A DNA stretch of 64,000 bases from Tricharina praecox (taxonomy: Eukaryota). Shown here one piece after another: positions 25,309 through 36,942 of this stretch. Numbering within the stretch: position 1 is the stretch's first letter; the number at the start of each line of letters is the position of its first letter. Position numbers and translations under genes: made by a program. The notes under the pieces are model-generated. The model had not been told where the DNA came from. It saw only the letters and a list, made by a program, of their open reading frames with translations, and ran no database searches. The stretch spans positions 558,001 through 622,000 of the forward strand of contig NW_026250405.1 in NCBI RefSeq assembly GCF_024521635.1, read 5' to 3'.

Positions 25309-28260
25309 GCACAGCCTAACCTGAAGTTATAGCGGCTGGTGACTGTGAGTGTACAGTAGACTCGGTGAGTTCATCTGGCAGGTTGTTTTGCCACTCGAGA
25401 TGTTCGTAGGGATTTCGTTGCCCTCGTTGAAGGTGTAAAGAGTCTAGTAACGGCAGCCTGACCGGGGAGGATAAGGACCCAGGGCGGCCTTTAAACCGGA
25501 TCGAAAGATCACCTCGTAGTCGGTCGGACCACAGGAGAGTTGTGTTGTCTGCCCTTGTCTTAGTAACACCCCGTGTGAACGGGATCTCACTCGCTGTCCG
25601 TGTCCAACGTTGATTGCGTCTTGGGTCGAACTAGGCACCTAAAAATCGTGCGGACTCCCGGCCAGCGAGGGTCTCGTTACCGTTTCAAGAAAGCCAGCAG
25701 GGTGGGACTGCCGACATTGGTGAAAGTCTGGGTCGCTGCTGGGCCGAACGCGGCGTACAGTTCGTGGATTCCGTTTCGGGAGCGGTGCTCGGTCACAGCT
25801 GGGTCCACGATAACGGCCGTGAAGGCGACGCCTGGTCGGCGGCGGTTCCTTCTGTCAGAGTTGGGCGTTCGGAATGGGTCGATGACGGTTGCAGCAATGC
25901 TGGTAGACGGCAACAATGTACCAGCACGCATCGTCATCGGTATGCTATACCATGACCTATGGGAGAGACTCGAGATTCTGTATATATATAGGACCTCCGG
26001 TCCAGAGATGAACAGTACGAGCACTGAGATCCGCTTTCTATCCAACACCTTCGATACTTGTCAGTACGGAGCAGTATCGCTACGTTTCGCAAACAGGTAC
26101 CATACCGAATCAACGTACTCTCCAGAGGGATCAGGTGGCTGCTGATCATTCTTCCGCCTAGTCGACGGCGGTTCCTTGCCGGTGTTGAAGACGCCTGTAG
26201 GAAGTAAAATCCGCTCTAGGATGACGACAACACCCAATAGTGCGCCATGTGGGTGGTCAAGCCGAATCAGGACGCGCGCTGGCTGTCTTCGCCGATATTC
26301 CAGATGAAGCCTGGGGGTTGATGTCGGATCCACAAAGCTTCCTGAAGGTTGCCCGTGCGCCGTAAATCCGTAGATAGCGCTGATTGAAGAAGCAGCTTCG
26401 GGGGGCGTCAGAACGATTGAGTCAACGAACGGCGGCATTCTCGTCTCGTTCCCAGAAACGGATATCCGATTGCGATCCGACATGTCCATAGTCGATGCCG
26501 AGAAACGGTCCGGGCAGGATTCAGTACTCGAACGTCAGTGTGCGGCCACCGATCCCTATCCAAACTGTGCACTGGGTGTGGAAGCAGAGCCTGTCTTTCG
26601 AAGAAATCTATGCCGTATTGTTAGTCCTTTCCTTGCACGCTTCAACTCTGTGGTTTAATATAGGTACCTCGACTTCTCTACCGCCTAATGTGGCTTACAA
26701 CACTTCCCCTCTTTCTACGGACGGTCTTGAGTCTTGACCGCCGTAGGAAGCAGGTTAAACAGTGAAACCAGTGGAACAAATAGAATCAGTGGAAGCTGTG
26801 AAAACTGTTCTGTTTTTCCGCGACTGAACACCGCCGAAGGACCTTATGGCGGGCCAATCAAGGCCCAGAGGCACTGGGAAGAGATTCTCCGACTAGCAAC
26901 GGGTGGCGGAAGCCGTGCCTGCCTCGCAAAGACCTTTATGTCACCATTATGTTAATCATTCCCTCCCTCTCTAACTATTGTCATTGGGGGTTTTAGATCA
27001 TCATACCTAGTGTGCTTGCTCTCAGAGTTCTTTTGTTTTCTCCTTGCTAGTGACCGAGAGGACGGCCAAAGATCGCACCACAGGCAGAAAAAAATAGGCA
27101 GGATAGCTCTTTGGCGAGGGAGAAAAGTTGCGGGCATGCGGGAAAGCACATCCATATACCGCATCCTCCAGGTGTGTGCACCAGCAGCAATTGACTTCCT
27201 TCCGTCATAATTGAACAAGATCGGGATAGGTAAGTCTCGTGGGCAAATACATATCATAGAGACAATGCCAGGAGAAAAGGGTGGCAACAGAATACTAGAT
27301 GGAGGAGTGGAATTATGAATGAGCGTTCCTGAGCAGCGCGTGTAACCAAAGGCGTACTTTATGGCCGCGTACTTGTCACGATCGAAGAATGGATCCCATT
27401 CCTCCAACCATTATTCCACCGGATTGAAATCGCATCCGTGAATTCCTAAGCATAAGTGAGGCCTAGGTCATTCCGCTGTCCCTAGGTCTGGAGAGAGAAG
27501 GTCGATCCAGCCGTCAGAACCCCCAGGCGAGGGGTCGAGAGATTGACACCATTCTTCAGCTGCATAAGCCAAGGGGCTGTGGTGCACATTCAACATATCG
27601 TTGAGTGCTATGCTGTGAAGGTGTATAACTAAGAATTCAAGAAGTAGCCACTGCATTGAAATTGGCGAATATGCGAAGGATATGAGATGTATGTACGCAA
27701 TAATGGATCATCATCGTCATTTCATTACTCCGACAACACACTCCGACACTTATGTATGTAGCCCTACCGCCTTCCGAAGGTCCGAATGAAAACACGATTA
27801 AACAAAAAGCCTCACAGCGGGACCGATTTGCCGATATCCGTATCCGTGAGGAGATCAAGTGCTATGTAGCTTGGTCGCTGCATTGGTTGGATTCCTCGTC
27901 CCGGCGGGCCTTCCTTCATGTTGGGTCGCCGGTATGGAGCCCATTCCTGTTTCCGGGATTTTCTGTTGGCCTGCCCCGCCCGCCAGTTCAGAAAGCTCGC
28001 TGGCTTCTCCTCCTCCGGAATCCTGATTTGGCAGTACCGCTGCCTTTTCCACCTCGTTGAACATTCTCTTTGAATCTCTAGCACAAACTGTGCCGCTGGA
28101 ACCTCATTCCATCCCCGTCTGCTTGTTCCTTTACCCACCGAAAGACTTTGCTGCAGTGTCTCCACCTGCGTACTGACGCAGTTCGTGGACAACACATTCC
28201 TTAACTCGACTCCAACCCTTCATATCTTCAACCAAACAATCCCACGCTTCCATAGTACCT

Positions 28261-29011
28261 ATGCGCCCCTTCCTACTTATCTCCCTTGCGTGCGGGGCCG
28301 CCGTAGCGATTGATATCGACTTCCAATCCGCATTCGGAAGGGTGATTGACGGCATCGCCTCCGCGATTGCTGCCGGAGGAGCCTACTACCAGAGCACCCT
28401 TCAGCCTGCATTGGAAGATGTCACTTCCGCTGGGAAAGCATACATCGATATCGCTGTTCGGCCCGCGGTGGAAACCGTCTACTTTGCAAACCAAGCGCAC
28501 ACCATGACGCAGAACAAGCAGATACAGGAGCACGACGACTAGGATCTCTAATCTCTCGTTACCAGGGCAGTCGGATTTCTCCCGTCGGTGCTCGACCATG
28601 CAGTTAGGAATCCTTGGGTGCTACTCCCTCTGGCGGTTTCCGCGTTGAACGCTTTGCTTATGTTGCTCGGCTTCGGCGAGGCCGGCATCGTTGCTGGTTT
28701 GCACGCGTATCCCGAATCCTTTAGCCCCGTCACTGACGCAGGTATCCAGGCTCCGCCGCGGCAATGCTCCAGGCTCGCATCGGTAATGTCTCGGAAAGGG
28801 CGCTGTTTGCTTTCCTGCGGAGCTATGGCGCACGCGGGTTCGCGGGTTCGCGAAGCAGGCGGTTGCGGCAGGAGGCACAGCACTGGTGCTCTCCGTGATG
28901 CTTGCTGGGCTTGGGAAGGCATTGCAGGAGCGCGGGGTTACTTTGGAAGTGGTTTCGGTGCTTCTCTCTGAGACGTGTTTGCAACTTTGCAGCTATTTAG
29001 GATCGGTGTAG
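28261..29011 (+). pseudogene. Disrupted gene with signal peptide and IFI6/IFI27 (ISG12)-like motif
   Basis: Signal-like MRPFLLISLACGAAVA; in-frame TAG 28540 and TAA 28549; after intron 28697-28749 reads LLGFGEAGIVAGSAAAMLQARIGNVSERALFAFLRSYGARG; 8-bp tandem duplication CGCGGGTT (28833-28848) shifts out a hydrophobic tail. Confidence 0.6.
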
Positions 29012-30584
29012 GGCGGAGATATCGTGTTCTTTTGCTGTCTTCCTGTTATTGTTATCGGTCAATGCGTTGTGAGAAGAAGCCATAGCAGGAGTTCAAGAGG
29101 TTACCGACAGTGCGGAGAGAAGATGTGGGGGCCCTGGGGGGAGCTACTCCGACCACAACCGCGTCGCACCTATCACGTGTCCGCTATCTAGCCCCAATCC
29201 GATGTTGAGCTCCTGTTATTCCCAGCTGCAAAATCCTCGGGGCAACTCTGACTTTCAGCGTTCACGAATCGCGATACCTTATCGGCCTGATAGCCACTGC
29301 AGCGGCGGGTTTTCTCGGCTTCTTCATTGCTGGGCAGGAGACGCTTCTAGCTGTAGGCACGCGCCAGCTCCTGGGCTGAGCTCGCAACGCGGCCTTGGGT
29401 GGCATGCATGCCATGCACCGAAGGCGGAGGTGGGGTAAAGCCTCTGAGTCTGTGCACTCTTTCCGACCGCGGACTGAGTACCCCGACCGACGAATTCGAC
29501 GACGATGAGCATGAAGCGATAGAGATCAATCGAGCCTCGGTCCCTGGCCGGAGAACTGCACCACCACGGGTGCTACGTCCAAACCTCTGAAGAAGTCTCG
29601 CCATCGCTTCCCCGCACATCATCATCGATTTTATCACTCTAGGAGAGCCTGTTTAGCAGGCGATACGGCGACGGCGGGGAGGAGAGTGAACTCCAGGGGG
29701 AGAGCTCAGGGCTTGGCCCAGGACAACGTCGACCATGACAAGCGGCATTTTGCCAGTCCCGCCTTCGATCCAAATATCTTCGCTGCTATTCATCGGGCCC
29801 CGGCCTTGACAGCTACGCAAACCCCGAGACGACGATTCCTTTCGAGCACCATGCCGTGTGCGCTAGACTGGTTATGTTGAGGGTAGTACAGAGTGGAGGT
29901 ATCTTTTGGAGAAGAGGAGGGCTACGAAACGCCGCTACAGCGCAAAACCGACAACCCGAGCCTCTTCGGAGGCCCACTTTCAAAATATTGCGAGACGAAG
30001 GGATTTGGCTTGTCATTTCTGTATGGATTTGGTGGTGGAATTTCTTTGTCAAAATGTTGTATTGTAGATATCTCTATCGGCCATAACCTTCAGGTTCCAT
30101 GCTGTATGAACAATCAATCAATCAATCAATCTGAGTCTGTGCGTGTGGCGCGGCATTCAAGCCACTGATAATCACTGCTGGCATCATGCGTGCAGCGTGC
30201 CAGTGCCATGGCCTTTCAGATGGCAGTGGGTGAAAGCCTGTGTATCCCTCATTACCGTGTGGAGCCTCGGCACAGTCGGCTCCCATCCACCACCGAAGAA
30301 AGCACCCAAAAATGATAGTGATGCAATACCACCCCCCCCCCCTCCCCCAGGAACCGTGATGAGTATCGGCATAATCATATCTATAAAAAAAAAACAGAAA
30401 GAGAGCGCGAAGTTCTTCCTTGTTTCCGGACTGCGTGGCGTCTATACTTTCTGTCAGTACCCACCCATAGCCATCGATCTACGCACCTGCCATCACTTAC
30501 TCTCACCTCTACCTCTTCTATAACTCCGGTTCATATCACCCTCTCCTCCACTCCTCCTCATCCTTCTTCGACGGACAGCGAAAA

Positions 30585-31720
30585 ATGTCATCACACGCTG
30601 CTCTTCCCCCGTGGGGATATGCCGTCGCCGGCGCGACTGGCGCAGTGCTGGCGAACGCCGCTGTCTACCCGCTGGACATGTGAGCTATTCTTCTCCCCAC
30701 TCCATTCCCGCAACAGACACAGCTAATATTCACAGTGTGAAAACCAAGCTCCAAGTCCAAGTCAAGAAACGCAAGTCCCCGAGCGCGGCCACCAACGGCG
30801 TCGCCAAAGATGCAGAAGCAGGTGCAAACGCGGACACGGACGCCACGGTGGACAAGACCGATGCCGCCGCCGTCATCGTCGAAGAACAACACGAGCATTA
30901 CGACTCGACGCTCGACGCGATCCTCAAGATCGTCGCGAAAGCGGGTATTCCCGGGCTATACTCGGGTATGGCGGGCTCGCTCCTGGGTGTGGCCTCCACA
31001 AACTTTGCCTACTTCTACTGGTACACGTTTGTGCGGAATTGGTACATCAAGCGCACCAACGCGACGTCGAATCTCGGCACCGCTACGGAGCTCCTGCTCG
31101 GCGCTGTGGCGGGCGCGCTCGCACAGCTGTTCACCATCCCCGTTGCTGTGGTCACCACCAGGCAGCAGACCCGTCCGATCAATGCGCCGTACGTCGGCCT
31201 GATGGATACGGCCCGAGAGGTGATCGCCGAGGATGGAATGTCGGGCCTCTGGCGAGGACTGAAGGCGTCCCTGGTGCTCGTTGTGAACCCCGCCATCACC
31301 TACGGCTCCTACCAGCGCTTCAAGGAGGTCCTCTACCCCAACAAGGCCCGGTTGTCGCCTTTCGAATCGTTCCTGCTGGGCGCTATGTCGAAGGCTGTCG
31401 CAACTTGCGCTACGCAGCCACTCATCGTCGCCAAGGTGGGACTGCAGTCTCGGCCACCACCGGAGAGGAAGGGAAAGCCCTTCAAGGGGTTCATTGAGGT
31501 GATGAAGTTCATCATCGAGCACGAGGGCGCGCTGGGTCTCTTCAAGGGTATCGGCCCGCAACTTATGAAGGGACTTATGGTGCAAGGCCTCCTCATGATG
31601 ACGAAGGAGAGGATGGAGCTGAGCTTTTTGTTGATGTACCGGGGACTGCTGAAAATGCGGGAGAAGCAGATTGCCGAGAAGGCGGCGCTCTTGGTTAAGA
31701 GCACTGTCGACAGTGTATGA
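30585..31720 (+). CDS. ANT1: Peroxisomal adenine nucleotide transporter (mitochondrial carrier family)
   Basis: Exons 30585-30679 and 30736-31720; LPPWGYAVAGATGAVLANAAVYPLDIVKTKLQVQ, three carrier repeats, STNFAYFYWY, LVLVVNPAITYG. Confidence 0.9.
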
Positions 31721-32346
31721 TGGACCGACTAATGGGTACAGAGACGGCATTCCACCTTTGCTTGCGTTTTTATCCTATTCCCTCCTTCTTATCTAAGCTG
31801 TAGACTATGCATATACCTTTTCGTTCTGTTTTTTTTTCTTCACGTTTCTGTTTTCTTGGGGGGGGGGGGGGGGGTTGTTTTTGATAGTCTCGGAGAATCT
31901 ACATTTCAATACTCTATTTATATAGACTGGTCGATCTTGTAGAATTTGACAGTTTGGACAGGATAAGGGATACAGATCTGCGTAGAGAATGTTTCGTCGT
32001 GTGTCGCGGTCACAAAAGCACTGCTATCACTCGTAAACAACCATTACACGTGCTCGGAGAGCCATTCTTACTTCTACGCATGCAGCGCGTAATAGATTGG
32101 CTGCTCCGGTCCCCGCGTTCGTTTCACCAGCTTCCGACCAGGCAAGCAAACGTAACACGCCATCCACGAAACGTTGAGCAATTGTGCGTCATCCTACCTT
32201 GCGCCGGCGCGATTGGAACACGAGATATGCTCCCGGCCTGAAGCTTGCCTGACTTACTATATACCGACCAATGTCTCTCACAGCGAATTGTCGATAGCCT
32301 GTCGTCTCCGATCCGAACCCAGCCGCGTACGGCAGCTTCCATAACG

Positions 32347-33525
32347 ATGCCCCCCCGCCGGCGCACTCTCTCGCTCATCCTCTTCCTAGCGGCAACATTC
32401 TACCTCTTCTATCACCTTCCCGCGCGCCCACCACCTACGCCTTCGCCCCGCACTACTGTTCACGAAGAAACGATCGATGAAGCATACAAATACTTTGGCT
32501 TCACACGGGGGATCAGCATCTTCCAACCGGACAACTACACTAAGCACCTGGTCCTCCCGTGCACGCCACAAGACGACATCTCGTGGCTCTCCGCGCTCCC
32601 GCCATGGCTCAAACTCACCCCCAAGGTCTACCACGTCCCCACGACCTCCTCATCCACGCTCCCGCCGGGCGCGCTCACCGTCCCCAAAAACAAAGGCAAC
32701 GAAGCCATGACCTACCTGACGTACCTGATCAACCACTACGACACGCTGCCGGACCTCGTAGTGTTCACGCACGCGTCCAACATCGCCTGGCACAACAACG
32801 ACATGCACATGCTCAGCACGGCGCTGATGCTGCGGGAGCTGAACTACCACCGGGCAGCGCGGCTCGGGTTCATGAACCTGCGGTGCCACTGGGACCCCGG
32901 CTGTCCCTCGTGGATCAAGCCCCACAACAGCCGCTACACCCCTGACAAGGGCGAGGAAATGTACTTCCACCGCGAGTTCAGGAAGCTTTTCCCCGGCGTG
33001 AGGTTGCCCGAAACCCTGGCGAGCGCGTGCTGCGCTCAGTTTGTTGTTGCCCGCGACAGGATCCGGGGGAATACCCGCGAGGAGTATGTTCAATGGCGCG
33101 AGTGGCTGCTGCATACAGACCTGGTCGATCGGTACTCCGGCAGGATTATGGAGTATCTCTGGCATTACATGTTCTCGGATAGAGACAACAGAACCACCAC
33201 GGTTTGCCCGAGCGAGTACGCTTGCTACTGCGACGGATACGGTATGTGTTTTGGCAGCGAGGAGACGTATCGGAAACATCTGGCTACCGGGAAGGATGCG
33301 GCAGATATCGAGAAGCAGTTGAAGCAGTATGTGGAGGAGGGACCGAAGAAGGGGGAGAATAGGGAGGATAGGGAGGATATCCTGAGGCAGATGAGGAAGA
33401 GGATTGAGGAGGCTCAACAGGTGCTGATGAAAGAGATCGATATTGCGAGGGAGAGAGGGAGGGATGCGGAGGTGAGGAGGAGCGAGGTGAGTGTGGACGA
33501 ATTTACGGAGATGAAGAACAAGTAG
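32347..33525 (+). CDS. DUF3431 family protein (type II membrane anchor, putative glycan-related)
   Basis: Basic N-terminus plus TM helix; motifs NKGNEAMTYLTYLINHYDTLPD, AWHNND, NLRCHWDPGCP, ACCAQFVVARDRIR, GRIMEYLWHYMF, CYCDGYG. Confidence 0.88.
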   Translation: MPPRRRTLSLILFLAATFYLFYHLPARPPPTPSPRTTVHEETIDEAYKYFGFTRGISIFQPDNYTKHLVLPCTPQDDISWLSALPPWLKLTPKVYHVPTTSSSTLPPGALTVPKNKGNEAMTYLTYLINHYDTLPDLVVFTHASNIAWHNNDMHMLSTALMLRELNYHRAARLGFMNLRCHWDPGCPSWIKPHNSRYTPDKGEEMYFHREFRKLFPGVRLPETLASACCAQFVVARDRIRGNTREEYVQWREWLLHTDLVDRYSGRIMEYLWHYMFSDRDNRTTTVCPSEYACYCDGYGMCFGSEETYRKHLATGKDAADIEKQLKQYVEEGPKKGENREDREDILRQMRKRIEEAQQVLMKEIDIARERGRDAEVRRSEVSVDEFTEMKNK

Positions 33526-34311
33526 AAGGGAGGCCTTTTCGATTACTGGGATGTAGAGTGGGAGTTTTGCATTTGCGAGGGGATCCTGTGATTTTGATGG
33601 GATATTTCTCGTTCGGTGGGGTATAGAGTACTCCATGTCGAGCTGCCCGAGTCTCATGCCTGGAGTCGATAAACTATATACGGCCGAGTCGGATTTGCTG
33701 TTGAGACAGACAGAGCGGGGGCATAATTCTTTGGGTGATACGGTACATCATTCAGGTCCAGTGTGCCCGACGGCGTTCCGCTTTCTGCCCTCCGGAGTCG
33801 GAGAGCGGAGGTAGAAAGTGCAAATGCTAAACAGAGCTCTGCTGACCGGCTTCTCACCTTCGTCACGGCCTCTCGTGAAGAAGACCACCTATGCTGAGCT
33901 GAAGAAATCCGTTGAGAATCGGAGTCAAAGGTCCTACGATTGGCAGGCACTCTAATAGTACCTACTCCAAACGCCCGCCTGATTTCGAAATCGCCCTTGG
34001 GCAAGCCCAACAAACTGCACTTCTTTACGTGAAATCATGATGCTGTGCCGCACCGGCCAACAGGGACCTCCGAGTAGAGATTCCATATTCGCCATGCTGC
34101 AGGCCATAGCTCACACATCTCCAATCGAGCGCCCTGGATCGCCTCCAGGCTAGCCGCCGGCCGGCATCACCTCTTTCCCCCTCCAACCAGCTTTCCACCA
34201 GCTCCCCAGCTCCCAGCTTCTTCTCCATCCGTGTCCACAACCGCAACCTTCCATACAAATCCACAACTACTTCTTCAGAATCCTCTTGATCCCACTGTCC
34301 TCTATCAAACA

Positions 34312-35290
34312 ATGGACCCTCCTGCTAGCCCACCGACCTTCGAATTCCGCGTACCCGCCCCCGTCACGCCCCGTCTTAAGCGACGGTCCATACACACCCC
34401 GTATCCGCAACAGTACAGCATTCCACCGTCGCCAGCGTCCTCCTCGTCGTCGGCATTTACAAATCCCGTCTCGTCACCGACTAGTCCCATGAAGCCGACC
34501 TCGTCCCTGGCCCGCCGCCGTCGCAGCCTCATCATGGCGTCACCCGCAGGTACAACAACCGGCGTTGTTGGGGCAGCGTCGCTGCTACAGCGTGTTGTCA
34601 CCGACCCCGGCCCCGACCACCACCACAACAACAACAGCAACAACCATTACCCCACCATATCCACACATCCCCCAACCACCACAACCACAATAACCACAAC
34701 ACACATGGACTCCGCAGTACGTGACGAAGACGAGGTGATGTCTCAGGCTGCCGCGATCGTCGCCGAGCCCGACCACAACGACACGACGGAGACGTTCGAC
34801 AGCATTGCCCAGGCGATGGTAACGCAGCCCCTCCCCCCTCTCTCTCAAGCGAGCACTCTCCCCGTCCGCCCATCAATTGCCAACTAACACGGCGCAACAG
34901 ACACTCCTCTCGCTGCATCCCGTCGTGGCAACCGACGCGCACTGGCCCGATCCAGAAGAGCTGCTGAAGGAATCGCTGCGGCAGTCGCTTGCCGCCCTGC
35001 GTGCCCTGCGCGAGGCAAAGTCGGTGATTAGGAATATCGACGGCCGGCGGGCAAGCGAGAGCGACGGGGCCGAGCCCCCGCCAGACTTGGAGCCGGGACG
35101 GAATGTGTTTGAAGTCGAGGCTCTGTTCGAGAGCGTGGTGGGGGATCTGAAGAGTGCGAAGGAGGCGATTGTGAGTATTCCATTCCCTCAGCGGAGAGAC
35201 GGAACTTGGCTGATGATGGGCAAGGGTTGGGCGGAGCAGCAGATGGAGATGGAGAAGGGCGTGCTGAGGGAGAGACTATTGAAGGGGTGA
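34312..35290 (+). CDS. Hypothetical Ser/Pro/Thr-rich protein with helical C-terminal region
   Basis: Exons 34312-34818 and 34901-35290 joined in frame by GTAACG...CTAAC...CAG intron. Confidence 0.65.
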
Positions 35291-36942
35291 GCGAGATGGC
35301 TGCGTAGTCGGAACGGAACACAAAGAAGTTGGCCAGTCTCGGACACCCGGGCTGGCATGCGCGGCACTCTTACTACACTCCCGGGTGTCTTTGCAACTGG
35401 GCTGCATCATAGAGGCGCCGACTCGACGCGCGCGAGGTGCGCGTAGCCGTTGATTGCAGAGCGATGGCCCGGGCCGATTCGACGGTTAGAACGATAGATA
35501 CACGAAATACAGACTGTAGAGGATGTTGGAATCTAGGTTTTGGGGCATGCAAGGATCATCATCATTTCCGTGTAAGGAAGAGAGTGAGATGGAGAATACG
35601 TGAAGTGTCGCCGCTCAGCCTTGGGAGCGTGACTGAACTCAGTCACGGTGAAACGGAGTGTCTCAACGGCTTCCAGGTTTGCAGTGGCTCTGTGGGAGCA
35701 CTGGACTATGCATGCTGGGATTTGGAAGTTCGCGGCGAGTGCTAAAGGATGATTTGATCCACAACTTGCCCACTTGAGGTCAAAGGCCAGCATTACGATT
35801 TAGTGCTCTCATGTGCTTCACTATGAGCAGAGTCCAAGCATCCACTAGGTATCTTGACCATCTCAACTTGCTCGAGCTTCCATCCGATTCCGTGATTATC
35901 TTTGCACTTCTTGGAACGTTTGATGTTTCAATCCCGACGACTATAAGTCTGCAACTCCTCCCGTAGATTTCACACTACTTGACAACGACAACTACAATGG
36001 CACATCACAACCTCAGCCCTCGGTGGCACATTTCTATCAAACACATTCTCGGCGAACGCTACGTCGGGCCGGAGAAGTGGGACCGAAGCAATCCAACCCG
36101 GTTCGTGAGCGCGGTCCTGAGGAAGAGGTGATCGCAGATCTATTCTCGACGATGCTGCGCAACATCGTGGGCGACCACTACAATAGGTGGACCAGAAGCA
36201 GCCAATCGTGACGATCATCATGATTCATTCATCCAATGCAAGGAAGCGACTCCCAACGCAATGCAACGCCCTCACCCACATGGACAGGAACCGAGGTTGA
36301 GGTTTGAACACAAGAGATGCGGATGTACTTGGTTACCTCAAGTTGATGAATCATGACGCCGTGCCGGTTCCTGATATTCAAACGTAAGGCGTTTTCTGAA
36401 CTTCTTTCTTCAGACTTACTTCTGACCTTTTGCTCTCACTAAAGATTATTGTGCTCTCGTCACATGGTATCAGTGTATGCAACTTTATATAATGGTAGTT
36501 TTAAGGCTTTGAGGATGCTTGGTGTTGTTGCTGTATGTCCATTGCCTGAAGATATGGATGAGAGTGGAGAATCTGGTCGTGTGCAAGATTATACTGGCAA
36601 TATATTGATGATCAACTCCGCAGAGAGGGTTGCAGAAGACTCGCACATCGGGCCTCTTTTTGTTTGATCATAGCATTCTACCTTGATAAATCAATCCAGG
36701 CCCTCCCCACTGCCGTACCTACGAAAGCGGGGGCGCGACGTGACCTTCCCTTGTCCTGCGCCGGGCCGGCTCGTAGCTACCGTAGTTACTGGGCGTAACA
36801 ACGGGTATTACCATGTGTGCACGGGTCCAAATAGAGTTTAACCACGAGCGTCATAAACCTACATACTGCCCAAGTTCCCAAGCCTTCCCCACTCCCCGCA
36901 TTCCGCACCTAGATACAGCCTTTGAACTCGAGTTTTCCCACC

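Noticed and set aside
28540..28551. Stop codons rescued by sexual-stage A-to-I editing
   Set aside because: Would need edits at TAG and twice at TAA and still leaves the 8-bp frameshift; decay is simpler.
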